DNA of 64,000 nt from a virus (IMGVR_UViG_2767802086_000001:1-64000); one strand, 5' to 3'; counted from the stretch's first letter, positions 28,310 to 37,998 are shown. Notes: generated by a model not told the origin, from the sequence alone. Numbers and translations are program-made.

Positions 28310-28870
28310 CTACGGGGTCTCGTCGATGGTTTTGAACGGGGCGATGCCGGCAGTCACGTAGAAGCCGGACCACTTGACGGTAAAGAGGGTCTGGCCGTCC
28401 TTCTTGTACGTGGACTCGACCTTGTCGTTGGACAGGCACTTGCGGATGATGAAGCGCCGCCGCAGCTGGTTCGGGCTGAACCCGTCGAGAATGATCGCCC
28501 GGTAGGTGGGCTGCGTGGCCGAGCTCGCGTACACCGGCTCGAAGCTCTTGAACCCGGTCCCCGACGCGGCGGTGCCGTCGTTCAGGAGGTACTTCAGGTT
28601 CTCCAGCGTCGGCTCGGCAAGGTTCGTCTCGATGGTGAACAGGCGCTTTGTGAGGCGGGCGCCTGCCACGTCGACGATCTGGTCGACTTCCAGGTCGGTG
28701 TACGTCTGGTCGACGGCCATCTTCGCGCCGTCCTGGGTGCCGCCGAGGTCCGTCCATGCGGATGCGGCCGGGGTCCCGTTGACAGCGGTGTCAGCCGGCT
28801 CGGTGGCACCGAAGTTGCCGATGTAGAGGGTCGCCGGACCCATGATCAGGTTGGTGGTGGTGACGCTCAT
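28310..28870 (-). CDS. Major tail protein
   Basis: NLIMGPATLY, WTDLGGTQDG, LAEPTLENL. Confidence 0.85.
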   Translation of the reverse strand: MSVTTTNLIMGPATLYIGNFGATEPADTAVNGTPAASAWTDLGGTQDGAKMAVDQTYTDLEVDQIVDVAGARLTKRLFTIETNLAEPTLENLKYLLNDGTAASGTGFKSFEPVYASSATQPTYRAIILDGFSPNQLRRRFIIRKCLSNDKVESTYKKDGQTLFTVKWSGFYVTAGIAPFKTIDETP

Positions 28871-28872
28871 GG

Positions 28873-29043
28873 TCAGCTCTCCTTGGACTTCACAGCGGCG
28901 GCAGGGGTGGGCTTGGCCGGTGCGGCGGCAGGAGCAGCGGAGGCGCCCTCGATGAGGAGGCCCTGACGCTTCAGGTCGAGATACTCGGCGTCGTCGACCT
29001 GGACGTCGACGTCGGGCTGGATGGTGGTGCGGACGGTTCGCAT
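28873..29043 (-). CDS. Small hypothetical virion-region protein
   Basis: AGGAG RBS; MRTVRTTIQPD. Confidence 0.65.
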   Translation of the reverse strand: MRTVRTTIQPDVDVQVDDAEYLDLKRQGLLIEGASAAPAAAPAKPTPAAAVKSKES

Positions 29044-29050
29044 GGGGCTC

Positions 29051-29503
29051 CTAAAGGGTGATCCAGTGCAGGGCGAGGTCTGCCTGATAGCGGGCGTAGG
29101 ACGAGTCATCGCCCGGCATGCGCCGCGGCTCCGACGTGAAGTGGGCCGACATGACCCGGGCCTGGGGGTAGCCCGGCAGCAGAGTGAGGGCCCGCTGCAT
29201 GCCGGCCCCCTGGTACGCCGCTGCAGCAATCAGTTCCATCAGGGACGCAGCTTTGCCCCACGGCGGCTTGCCGGAGCCGGGGTTCACCGCGTAGGTGTCG
29301 ATCTGTACGACGGGCTCGCGTAGCGCGTAGTCCACCTGCGGCGATCCACCCACGGCGCCGACAACGTGTACGAACCCGTTCTCCGCCCACGCTGCAGAAT
29401 CCGACGGGAGCGTCGTGGCAACCTGCCCCGGTTCGATCCCTGCTGCGGACAGCAGCCATGCGACGGCAACGAGTTCCGTGTTCGCCATGGGGATGACGGC
29501 CAT
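29051..29503 (-). CDS. Tail terminator-like protein
   Basis: Position; VVQIDTYA, PPWGKA. Confidence 0.7.
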   Translation of the reverse strand: MAVIPMANTELVAVAWLLSAAGIEPGQVATTLPSDSAAWAENGFVHVVGAVGGSPQVDYALREPVVQIDTYAVNPGSGKPPWGKAASLMELIAAAAYQGAGMQRALTLLPGYPQARVMSAHFTSEPRRMPGDDSSYARYQADLALHWITL

Positions 29504-29880
29504 CAGAGCCTCCCGCGCCGCTTGTAGAGGGCAGGCCGGATGAAGGGTTGCGCGGGGGTTCCGGGGTGCCAGACCCGGTTCACGGGGTGGAGGGCGCCAG
29601 GCCAGTGCAGGGCCTGCTTGGTGCTCGGGGTGATCTCGTGCGGCCCGGACCCGAACTCGACCGTGGACCAGTACGGGACGTTCCTGACGCCGACGCGCAG
29701 CTGCCCGTGGTTCACCTCGTAGTAGGTGCCGGCCCGCAGCCGTCCGGTGCGGACGGGGGCCATGCGTTCCATGTCGTTCTGGATTTCGCGGCCGAGCTTG
29801 TGGAGGTAGCGGGTGATGGCGTTGCGAACCCAGCCCTGCCATCCGTGGTTCACGGTGACGTGGCAGCTTGCACCGAGCAT
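29503..29880 (-). CDS. HK97 gp10-like tail completion protein
   Basis: APVRTGRLR, VEFG, HPGTPAQPFIRPAL. Confidence 0.85.
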   Translation of the reverse strand: MLGASCHVTVNHGWQGWVRNAITRYLHKLGREIQNDMERMAPVRTGRLRAGTYYEVNHGQLRVGVRNVPYWSTVEFGSGPHEITPSTKQALHWPGALHPVNRVWHPGTPAQPFIRPALYKRRGRL

Positions 29881-29979
29881 CGTCCTGCACCTCCCTCTAC
29901 GGCTGGTGTCGTTCTGTGCCCTGCTGGCTGGCCGTTTACGGGCCGTGGCGCCTTGGGGTGGTCTTGCTGTGTCGGAGCC

Positions 29980-30315
29980 TCAGGCGGCTCGTCCTGTGCG
30001 TTTCAGGTCGAGCCGCAGGGGCTGCGCGATGATCGGGTTGGTGTTCTTCGTGGCGGACACGACGATGTAGATCTCGTTCGTCGTCTCGTCTTTGATCCGG
30101 TCGTTTTCAGTGACGTTCGTGGCCGGGGGTACCCGGCAGATGTGCGTGCGGATGATCCGCGGTGTTCCGCTGACCGGTTCCTGTGCAGTCCGGCTCGACT
30201 CAACGAGCGACGCCGGGATGCCGGACACGGCAACGGCGTTCGTGTCGGTCTCGTCCCCGAAGGCGTCCGTTTCTGTGCCACGGAGGACGCTGATGCGGGT
30301 CGTGGCGACGATCAC
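29980..30315 (-). CDS. Head closure / head-tail connector protein
   Basis: Position; TDAFGDE, DRIKD. Confidence 0.7.
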   Translation of the reverse strand: MIVATTRISVLRGTETDAFGDETDTNAVAVSGIPASLVESSRTAQEPVSGTPRIIRTHICRVPPATNVTENDRIKDETTNEIYIVVSATKNTNPIIAQPLRLDLKRTGRAA

Positions 30316-30755
30316 GCGTCACCGCCCATCGGCGTCCATACCTGCTGCTCGTCGGACGCTTCTGACAGAACTGAGCCGCCCCCCGATCCGGACTCGAAAG
30401 GCGACCGGACGTGCAACGAGCGGGACCGCATCCAGCTGACCCGCTGCAATGCCTGCTTCGCCCGCGGGCCGAGCGTCATGGCCCGGTCGTTGAGGTTGCC
30501 GACGATCCCGTCCTGCTGCACCTGGTTGGCATCCAAGCGCGTGTTGAGGTCGTACTGGCCGGCCTCCCACGCCGCCTGATACGCGACCGCCTGGCCGAGC
30601 CAGTGAACATCCCGCGGCCGAATCCGAGGCGTGTCCGCGTAGATCCGGTTGGAGAACATTTCGATGGAGGCCTGCGCCTGGGCAAGCTGCTGCTGGTCAA
30701 CGGTCACACCGGTGACCTCGATGACCTGCTGCGGGGTTGCCCAGGCGTCGACCAT
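30312..30755 (-). CDS. Head-tail adaptor
   Basis: WATPQQV, LGQAVAYQAAW; position after capsid. Confidence 0.7.
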   Translation of the reverse strand: MVDAWATPQQVIEVTGVTVDQQQLAQAQASIEMFSNRIYADTPRIRPRDVHWLGQAVAYQAAWEAGQYDLNTRLDANQVQQDGIVGNLNDRAMTLGPRAKQALQRVSWMRSRSLHVRSPFESGSGGGSVLSEASDEQQVWTPMGGDA

Positions 30756-30756
30756 G

Positions 30757-31107
30757 TCAGCCCTCGTCGATCTGCTTGCGGGGCGTGGTTGTCTTCTCCG
30801 GCTCCGAGTCCATGGCCGACGGCACGACCTCGACGCTGTAGCGCAGCGAACGCGAGACGCCGTCACCGGTGAGGTCGGTGCCGTCGAAGGACACGTCGCC
30901 ACGCGGGTGGAGTCCGCGCTGGATCGCTTCCTGCAGAGTGGCAAGCTTGTTCGGCTCGTGCTCCGGTCCGTCCGTTTCCCCGAACTGGCCGCCCAGGACG
31001 ACGAACTCCTTGGCGTGCCGGGTGCCGTCCGAGCCGTCCGCCGACCGCTTGGCGACCTGCGTCTCCGGCGTCTCCTTCTCGGTGGCCTTCTTCGCTGCCG
31101 CCATCAT
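30757..31107 (-). CDS. Hypothetical head-region protein
   Basis: Coupled to capsid stop codon. Confidence 0.65.
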   Translation of the reverse strand: MMAAAKKATEKETPETQVAKRSADGSDGTRHAKEFVVLGGQFGETDGPEHEPNKLATLQEAIQRGLHPRGDVSFDGTDLTGDGVSRSLRYSVEVVPSAMDSEPEKTTTPRKQIDEG

Positions 31108-32024
31108 CAGATCCCGACGAGAACGGCGGCGGCCTTCGGGTGACCGAGGGCGAACGCGCGGCGGGCGCGCATCTTCAGGATCGACTCGTCCGTCAGCGCC
31201 GACAGGCCGTCACGGCCGTCGATGAAGATGGACTCCGGTCCCGACCGGCGGCCAAGGCGCAGGAAGTCGGCGTTGGCAACGACGAGGATCGGCTTGCCAG
31301 CCGGGGCGTCGGTCGCAGTCGCGGAGATCCGGCAGCCAAGCGACCAGCGCACCGGCAGGTCGAACAGGGTGTCGGGGGTGCCACGGTCGCCCTGCTGGCC
31401 CTGGACGAAGATCGGCTGACCCTGCAGGTCCTTGACGGCGCGAAGCGTGGCACGGAACGACGGGTGGGCGATGACGACCATGCGGGACAGGTCGAAGTAG
31501 TCGCCGCCCTCAGCCTTGCCGAGGACCGCGGACAGGTCGTCGTAGCTGGGGCCGGCCGAGCCAGCAACGGTGATGTTGTCGTTGGCTGTGTAGCCGAGAC
31601 CCGCGTTGGTCTGGGTGAGCGTGTAGTACACCGACTCAAACGGGACGCCCGTACCCACAGCCGCGGACACGGCGAGGGTGGCGTTGTCGAGGAGCTTGGC
31701 GTAGCTGGTCGCCCAGTCCTTCTGCTTGGTCGTGAGGATGTTCGCGAGCGAGTCGTCGATGTCCTCTTCGGCGATGCGGATCGCCTTGCCGAGCTTCTTC
31801 GCGATCAACGTGATGTCGTCGTTGGTGGAGGTGTCCTCGCTGTACGCGCCACCCTTGTCGACCACGGAGACGCCGACACCGGCGGACCGCGGGATGGACT
31901 TGGTGTTGGAGCTCATGGGCTCCGGCGATGCGAGGGACTCGACTGCGGACATCTGGTCGACGCGCTGGATGACCTCGGAGGAGTCCTCTTCCGGGATCCA
32001 AGCCTCATACGTGTTGCGTGTCAT
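31107..32024 (-). CDS. Major capsid protein (HK97 fold)
   Basis: WIPEE, ITLIAKKLG, KDLQGQPIF, ARRAFALGHPKA. Confidence 0.92.
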   Translation of the reverse strand: MTRNTYEAWIPEEDSSEVIQRVDQMSAVESLASPEPMSSNTKSIPRSAGVGVSVVDKGGAYSEDTSTNDDITLIAKKLGKAIRIAEEDIDDSLANILTTKQKDWATSYAKLLDNATLAVSAAVGTGVPFESVYYTLTQTNAGLGYTANDNITVAGSAGPSYDDLSAVLGKAEGGDYFDLSRMVVIAHPSFRATLRAVKDLQGQPIFVQGQQGDRGTPDTLFDLPVRWSLGCRISATATDAPAGKPILVVANADFLRLGRRSGPESIFIDGRDGLSALTDESILKMRARRAFALGHPKAAAVLVGI

Positions 32025-32161
32025 GGTGGTTGCCCTCCTGCGGGCGCGTGATGGGGAAGCTGGTGGGCTCGGGCCCCATCACGGGCGCCTTCGCATACAA
32101 GGGCGGTGGGCTGATCCGATCACCGAATCAATTCACCTGATGATGAATATACCTTCGATTG

Positions 32162-32917
32162 TCAACCCGTGCGGCCCAGAACACGCATCGCGTGCTGCTC
32201 CGCCGACGACTTCGGCTTCTCCTCCGCCGGCTTCCGATCCGCCGCAGTTGGCCGGGCCTTCGGCTTCGGCTTCACTGCGGCCTGGAAGAACTCGGGGTAC
32301 TCGGACCGGATGCGGTCTATCTCCGACTCCAGGCCGACGACGTCGCCGTCCTCGTCGACGGACAGGCCGTCCATTTCGAGGAGGCGCAGCACACGGTCTG
32401 CCGGGCCGCTGACTCCGGCGTCGGAGAGGGCGGCGCGAGCCGCAGCCTTGACGAGCGGGGCCCGGAAGCGGGACTCGCCTTCCTCGCGGGCCTCGCGGAG
32501 CGCCTTCTCGTGCTCGGTCTCGTTGGTGCGGGTCTTCTCTTCCAGCTCCTTGGCGCGGAACCTATTGCGCTTGGCGTCCTCGTTGGCCTTCTTCAGCGCC
32601 GCCTGCGTTTTGCGCCACTCCGCCTCGGATGGCGGCGTGAACTCCTCGACGGCCGGGGCCTCGGGCTTGGCGGGCGGCTTCGGCTTCGGCGCCTCGTCCT
32701 CAACGTCGCTGTCATCGTCGTCACCGTCGCCGGACGTGTCGTCGCCGTCCTCGCCGTCCTCGCCGTCGTCACCGCCGGTGTCGTCGCCGTCAGGCGCCCC
32801 TCCGGCAATGTTGTACACCGGGCGTCCGGCGACGTAGCCGATGACGGTCTTCGGCGGCAGGCTGATCCCGGCCGGGCGTGTGGGCAGGGTGTCGGTGAGG
32901 TCGGTGTGGTTGTTCAC
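32162..32917 (-). CDS. Scaffolding protein
   Basis: Acidic linker, coiled coil, KANEDAKRNR, YPEFF; directly upstream of capsid. Confidence 0.82.
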   Translation of the reverse strand: MNNHTDLTDTLPTRPAGISLPPKTVIGYVAGRPVYNIAGGAPDGDDTGGDDGEDGEDGDDTSGDGDDDDSDVEDEAPKPKPPAKPEAPAVEEFTPPSEAEWRKTQAALKKANEDAKRNRFRAKELEEKTRTNETEHEKALREAREEGESRFRAPLVKAAARAALSDAGVSGPADRVLRLLEMDGLSVDEDGDVVGLESEIDRIRSEYPEFFQAAVKPKPKARPTAADRKPAEEKPKSSAEQHAMRVLGRTG

Positions 32918-32958
32918 GGGTGAGCTCCCATCTCGGGGTTGGTGTGGCCCATCACGGG

Positions 32959-33981
32959 CTATGCGGTGGGTACGGATCGGTTGGCGAAGCGGCCGGCTCG
33001 CACAGCTGTGGCAGCGAACTCCTCGACGCTCTTGGGGAGTCCGGCGCCGGTGCGTAGGAGTTCGTGGGCGGCACGGATGCGGGCCGCGTTGGTCTCGGAT
33101 GGCAGCGACCAGCCGCGGGCTACCGAACGGCGGGCCTCGCGGCGCAGCGTCTCGGGCAGGGTTGGGACGCCTTCGACGGCCCAAGAGTCTTTCCAGGCGA
33201 CGACACGGCAACGGCAGTGCGGGTGCAGCGGCGGGGCGGGCAGGTCTACGCCGCGGCCTCGCTGGGCCGGGTCGAACGACAGCCCGCCGGGGAAGTCGTC
33301 GCCGACGTCCACGACGTGCCCGGCGTAGGCGGCGCAGTTGACGCACGCGTCACGCTCGGCGATCCACAGCTTGCGGGCGCCCACCGCCCGGATCCCGGCG
33401 ATCAGTCCTTCGTTGACGGCCTGGTTGACGGCCCACGTCACGTTGGTGCGGATGCTGGCCACTGCCCCACGGGCCGTACCGATCGCCGTCGCGACGGCAG
33501 ACCAGCGGCGGACCCTTGCCGGGCGCAGCGCCGCCAGTGCCCTGTCCCGGCGTTCGTCGACTGCCGCCGCTACTCGTGCGGTGGCGTTGCGGAGACCGCG
33601 GGAGGGGCGGGAGGGGAGCGGATCGTGCCGGCCGCCGCCGACCTGGCGCAGCCACTCTGAGCCCTGTCGGGCCCCGAGCATCACCGCGTCCGTCAGGGAA
33701 TCCTCCATGGTCTGCTGCGCGCGGATGCCGACGCCCTGCAGGATCCGGCGGATCGCAGCCCGCACGGCTTTGAGGATCCGGCGCAGCAGCGACGGGTTGG
33801 CGGCTTCGGCGTCGGGGCTGCCGAACGCCCGCGTCCATGCCACAACGGTGCGCCGTACCAAGGCGGTGAAGTCCGCGTCGACGCTGCCGGTCGCCTGGGC
33901 GATGATGCGATCCTCGAACGCCTCGACGGCGTCGGTGTGGTCATCCTGTACCAGGCGGGCGAGCCGCTCGTTGCCTGCCAT
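32959..33981 (-). CDS. Phage minor head protein (Mu gpF/SPP1 gp7-like)
   Basis: CVNC and PPLHPHCRC motifs. Confidence 0.82.
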   Translation of the reverse strand: MAGNERLARLVQDDHTDAVEAFEDRIIAQATGSVDADFTALVRRTVVAWTRAFGSPDAEAANPSLLRRILKAVRAAIRRILQGVGIRAQQTMEDSLTDAVMLGARQGSEWLRQVGGGRHDPLPSRPSRGLRNATARVAAAVDERRDRALAALRPARVRRWSAVATAIGTARGAVASIRTNVTWAVNQAVNEGLIAGIRAVGARKLWIAERDACVNCAAYAGHVVDVGDDFPGGLSFDPAQRGRGVDLPAPPLHPHCRCRVVAWKDSWAVEGVPTLPETLRREARRSVARGWSLPSETNAARIRAAHELLRTGAGLPKSVEEFAATAVRAGRFANRSVPTA

Positions 33982-35534
33982 CAGGTGGACGCCTCCACCC
34001 CGGCGAGGAGCTCGATGTCGGACAGAGCACCGGACAGCAGCCCCTGGACCTGCTCAGTTGTAACGACGCCCAGGGCTGCTGCGGCACCGAGTTTCTGGGC
34101 GGAGTCGGCGACGGCGGCGAGGATCTGTACGCGTCGGCCGAGTTCGGCATCGTCGACGCCCTCCAGCCACTCGTCGACCTGCTCCTGCCGGTACCCGGCC
34201 TCCAGCAGGACTTGCTTGCGGGGTACGCCGTTCTTGACCTTCTCCGTCGCGGTCTGCCACCCAGTCTGGTCCTCGACGGTGGCGGCAGGTACCCAGCGGA
34301 CGTCGACGGTGGCGTCGTCGTGGCCGAGGAGCTTAAGGGCGAAGGTGAACACCTCGCGCCACGTGGCCCCGAACGACATCTGCCGGTTGCGGATCTTCTT
34401 GACGAACGGAGCTTCCTTTGCCCGGATGCTCTCACCCGACGGCACTTCGCCCTGGGGGTCGAACAGGTGCAGGGGTGTGGTGGTGATCTGTGCCATCGCC
34501 CGAACCTCGAACATGATCGGGTCCAGGAACACGCTGGGATTCGCCGCTTCGAACTGACCGACGTTCTTGTAGCCGCGCAGCAGCCACACTTCCCCTGGCC
34601 CAGCCTTCAGGGCGCTGTCGTCACCGGTGTCGGTCGCGCCCGCGCTGGCCTCGTCGGTCGGGAAATCATCGAAGTCCCCCGGCTCCAGGTCGCTGGTGTC
34701 CGTGGTCGCCGCGTCCGTGAGGGCATACCGCTGCGGGAACCCCTGGAAATCCACGGTCCCCATGTGGGTGATGCTGAGCTTGTTGATGGCGTTCTGCGGC
34801 CCGTAGGCGCCACGATGCTCGGGCCTGCCGTAGGGGCGGGACGTGCGGAAGTGAAACGCCGGCGGCCGACCGTAGTCGTGCTCGATGACCCACGAGTCCT
34901 CCCCGCCGGCCTCGGGGTCCTCCGGGTCTTCGGCGGTCAGCCAGTGATGCCAGTCCCCCTTTTCCGTCCCCTTCGAGCCGGGCATCGTGGTCCAGCGTTC
35001 GGTCCGGTCGTCGTAGAGGAGTTCCGCCCGCTGGACTTCGCCAAGGCTGGTCTTCTCGCACCACCGCTTAATGACGTATTCGATCTCGCGGGGGTTCTCG
35101 GCGGAGTAGATCGCCCTCACGGTCTGCGGCGAGTTGTAGTGCATCTCGACGCCGGTGACAGTGCCGTGCTCGTCTTCGATGGGGAGGACGATCAGGTAGG
35201 CGTCGCCGAGGGTGCAGGCGTGGCAGTGGATGTCGGGGGCTTCGAGGTCCATGCCGTTGTCGGCCCACAGCTTGGAGATGAGCTCGGTTTGCTCGTCCTT
35301 GGTGCCGGTGATTGCGGCGATCTCCAGGCGGTCGACGATCGCATCGACGGGCGTTTTCGCGAAGTTCAAGCGGAAGTCGACGCCGGTGTCTTCGAGGGCG
35401 CGACGCAGTCGGGCAGACGCGAAGATCTCGGGGACGTCGCCGTCGTAGTACTGCTGCGCCGTCCGGTAGTCCGGGCGCGCGTCGTCGAGCTCCTCTATGC
35501 CTTGCATCAGGTCACTCGACGCCACAATCGCCAC
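33981..35534 (-). CDS. Portal protein (SPP1-like)
   Basis: YYDG, NFAKTPVD, GFPQRY, PSGESIR. Confidence 0.9.
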   Translation of the reverse strand: MAIVASSDLMQGIEELDDARPDYRTAQQYYDGDVPEIFASARLRRALEDTGVDFRLNFAKTPVDAIVDRLEIAAITGTKDEQTELISKLWADNGMDLEAPDIHCHACTLGDAYLIVLPIEDEHGTVTGVEMHYNSPQTVRAIYSAENPREIEYVIKRWCEKTSLGEVQRAELLYDDRTERWTTMPGSKGTEKGDWHHWLTAEDPEDPEAGGEDSWVIEHDYGRPPAFHFRTSRPYGRPEHRGAYGPQNAINKLSITHMGTVDFQGFPQRYALTDAATTDTSDLEPGDFDDFPTDEASAGATDTGDDSALKAGPGEVWLLRGYKNVGQFEAANPSVFLDPIMFEVRAMAQITTTPLHLFDPQGEVPSGESIRAKEAPFVKKIRNRQMSFGATWREVFTFALKLLGHDDATVDVRWVPAATVEDQTGWQTATEKVKNGVPRKQVLLEAGYRQEQVDEWLEGVDDAELGRRVQILAAVADSAQKLGAAAALGVVTTEQVQGLLSGALSDIELLAGVEAST

Positions 35535-35548
35535 CCTTCATTCAGGTC

Positions 35549-35578
35549 AGCATAACGCCACACCTTTGAATCAAAGGT
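35549..35578 (-). promoter_or_regulatory. Putative late promoter of the portal gene
   Basis: Perfect inverted repeat ACCTTTGA-A-TCAAAGGT; TATGCT 7 nt downstream on the minus strand. Confidence 0.6.
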
Positions 35579-37118
35579 AGCTTGCGCTGCTGGCCTTAGA
35601 AATCTCCCTCGCCTTGTTCGGGATGAACCGTCGGATCGCGCTCCCCACGGCATCGACCATGTCGTCGTGCGGCGCCTTCGGAAACGCGCACATCTGCTGC
35701 TCCAACTCGACCAGCCGACGAGCATGGATCACCCGGCCGCGCTGGTAGTGGTTCAACACCCCTTCGGCCCGAACGAACTTGGGCTCGGACTGATTGACGG
35801 TCTTCACCTTCACTGGCATGTGGTGGAACACGGACTGCCAGACGTCCTGACCTTGGTTGATCTCCAGGAGGATCAGCCCGATCTGCGGCCATTCGTCGAG
35901 CAACGCGAGCACACGCTCTCGCATGTGGACACCGGGCGGAACCTTGACAGCCAGGGCGGCGTGCACGGTGCAGCGTCGGGTCTGGGCCGACCACGACACG
36001 ACCGCAAGGCCCGTGTAGTCGGATCCCTTCTTCGCGGTAACCGCCGGGTCGATGCTGAGCATCATGTGCGTGATCGGGTCCGGGCCCTCCTCACCGGGAT
36101 ACCGGAAGTCCTCCGGGACCCACAAGTCGCCGTCCGCGCCCATCGGATCGTTCGACATGTTCTTCGCGAACGACCTGGTGTGCTCAATGCTCTTGAGGTA
36201 CGCGAGCGGCCACTTGGCGGGCCAGACACTGCGCTCGGTCCCGTCGTCGCGCTGGACGATTGGCGGGGTGTAGTGGGCGCGGAACCCTTCCTCGCTGATC
36301 CACTCTGCGGTCTCGACGCCGCGGGCGTGCTTCGTTAGCTGGTGGACGATGCTGCCGGGCATGGTGACGGTCCCGGAGATGACGACCCGGGCGTAGACGT
36401 TGAGGGGCAGGATTGAGTCGATGAGGGTGGTGCGCCGCTTGCTGGCCTGGTCAGCCGAGTAGCTGGACTCATCGGGCTCGATGTCGTCGCACAGGATGAG
36501 GTCCGGGCGCTGCTCCCCCACCTTCATGCCGAGGTTGGAGCTGTCGATACCTCGGGCCGCGAACACGAACCCGGACTTGGCGACGTACATCGACTGAGTG
36601 TCGGCGACGTTCGCACCGGACGGGCGACGGGCCGGGGTGCACAGGTCCGGGAAGTCCTGGCGCAGGAGTTCGTTGGTGTCGATCTCCCGCTTGAACGACC
36701 CCAGATGCGTCTCCGCCTGGCCGGCTGAGGATGCGAAGGCTGCGGCAAACCGGACGTGACCGTGGGCGGCGGCCCACATCGGCAGGATGAGGAACCACCA
36801 GGTCGACTTCCCCATGTTGCGAGGGGCGATGTAGGCGTCACGCTCCTCGGACGGTCCGCCGACCGGGCGCACCCATGGGCGTGCGGCCCGGCACCAGTCG
36901 AGGTGGGCATCCCCAAACGTGATCACTCCTTCGCTGTCCCGCAGATGATGCCGGACGTAGACCAGGGCGAACAGCAGCGGGTCGAGGCGCGTGAGGGTGC
37001 GTCGCCCTTCGGCGTTCCCGAGGAGCCGCGGGTCGAACTGGGCGAGGTAGGCGCCGAGGTCGAACCGCTCCGCGTCCAGGCCGTGCAGGTAGCTCCGGGT
37101 GAACGTCGCGGTCGTCAC
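35571..37118 (-). CDS. terL: Terminase large subunit
   Basis: APRNMGKS Walker A, LILCDDIE Walker B, SIDPA and HDDMVDA nuclease motifs. Confidence 0.93.
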   Translation of the reverse strand: MTTATFTRSYLHGLDAERFDLGAYLAQFDPRLLGNAEGRRTLTRLDPLLFALVYVRHHLRDSEGVITFGDAHLDWCRAARPWVRPVGGPSEERDAYIAPRNMGKSTWWFLILPMWAAAHGHVRFAAAFASSAGQAETHLGSFKREIDTNELLRQDFPDLCTPARRPSGANVADTQSMYVAKSGFVFAARGIDSSNLGMKVGEQRPDLILCDDIEPDESSYSADQASKRRTTLIDSILPLNVYARVVISGTVTMPGSIVHQLTKHARGVETAEWISEEGFRAHYTPPIVQRDDGTERSVWPAKWPLAYLKSIEHTRSFAKNMSNDPMGADGDLWVPEDFRYPGEEGPDPITHMMLSIDPAVTAKKGSDYTGLAVVSWSAQTRRCTVHAALAVKVPPGVHMRERVLALLDEWPQIGLILLEINQGQDVWQSVFHHMPVKVKTVNQSEPKFVRAEGVLNHYQRGRVIHARRLVELEQQMCAFPKAPHDDMVDAVGSAIRRFIPNKAREISKASSASYL

Positions 37119-37672
37119 GCTCGACCCTCGCCGGCCTCACCGGCGACGATCGCGGCCTCCTCAAGGGCAGTCTTGGCTCGGGCCTCGCGGATCATCTCCT
37201 GCAGTTCCACGTCCTGCTGGGTGACCTCGGTGACCTGCGCTTCGATCTTCGTCGTGGCGATGCCGAGGAGCTTGTTCTGCGCCTCGACAGTTCTGGTGAC
37301 ACCAGTGAGGGCGCGATCGACGGCGAGGGCGGCCGGCACCTCTGGGCCCTTTTCACCGTCGCCCATGGCTCGGTCCCAATGGGCGTTGCGAAGGGCAAGG
37401 TGGTCGCGAAGGACACCTTCGAGGCGGTCGAGTTGAAGCTGCCGCCAGGCATCGACTCGGGGGTCGACTCGGCGGGCGGCTTCCTCGTAGACGAGCTCCT
37501 TGGCGGTGGTGGTGCTGATGCGGTGGCCGTCGGTCGGCCCGTCGGGAGCTTGGGTGAGGACGTCGATCTGCCGGTAGGTGAGGCCCTGGAGCTTGAGGTC
37601 GAAGACGATGGCGGCACGCTCGGCGCGGACGGCGGGGTCGAGCTTGCGGTGCGGTGCGGGCCCTGCTGCCAT
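37115..37672 (-). CDS. terS: Terminase small subunit
   Basis: N-terminal HTH (GLTYRQI), directly upstream of terL. Confidence 0.72.
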   Translation of the reverse strand: MAAGPAPHRKLDPAVRAERAAIVFDLKLQGLTYRQIDVLTQAPDGPTDGHRISTTTAKELVYEEAARRVDPRVDAWRQLQLDRLEGVLRDHLALRNAHWDRAMGDGEKGPEVPAALAVDRALTGVTRTVEAQNKLLGIATTKIEAQVTEVTQQDVELQEMIREARAKTALEEAAIVAGEAGEGRA

Positions 37673-37705
37673 ACCAACCACTCCCCTGACCAATGATCCT
37701 TTAGC

Positions 37706-37736
37706 AGAATACCGCTATCACCTTAGAATCCTAGGT
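37706..37736 (-). promoter_or_regulatory. Putative late promoter of the terminase operon
   Basis: ACCTTAGAATCCTAGGT quasi-palindrome; TATTCT 8 nt downstream on the minus strand. Confidence 0.6.
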
Positions 37737-37789
37737 TACCGGGCAGGCTTAGTGTGCAATCCTCCCTCCCGTCGAGCTTGGAGGCAGAC

Positions 37790-37978
37790 ATGGTCAGCGC
37801 ACGCGGAGGCCGATGGGGCTTCGTCTACCCCAGCCGCCAGGACGTCTATCGGGCTCTGCGCCGCGACGGCGCCAGCAAGTCGAAAGCCGCCCGCATCTCC
37901 AACGCGGGCCGCTCCTTCTCTGCCCGTTCCCGCATGGCCCGCAAAGCTGCACGCACCAGGCGGCGCCGCGGTCAGTAG
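37790..37978 (+). CDS. Small very basic protein
   Basis: GGAGG RBS; YRALRRDGASKSKAARISN. Confidence 0.7.
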   Translation: MVSARGGRWGFVYPSRQDVYRALRRDGASKSKAARISNAGRSFSARSRMARKAARTRRRRGQ

Positions 37979-37998
37979 CCCGCTCCGCGACACGCAAA

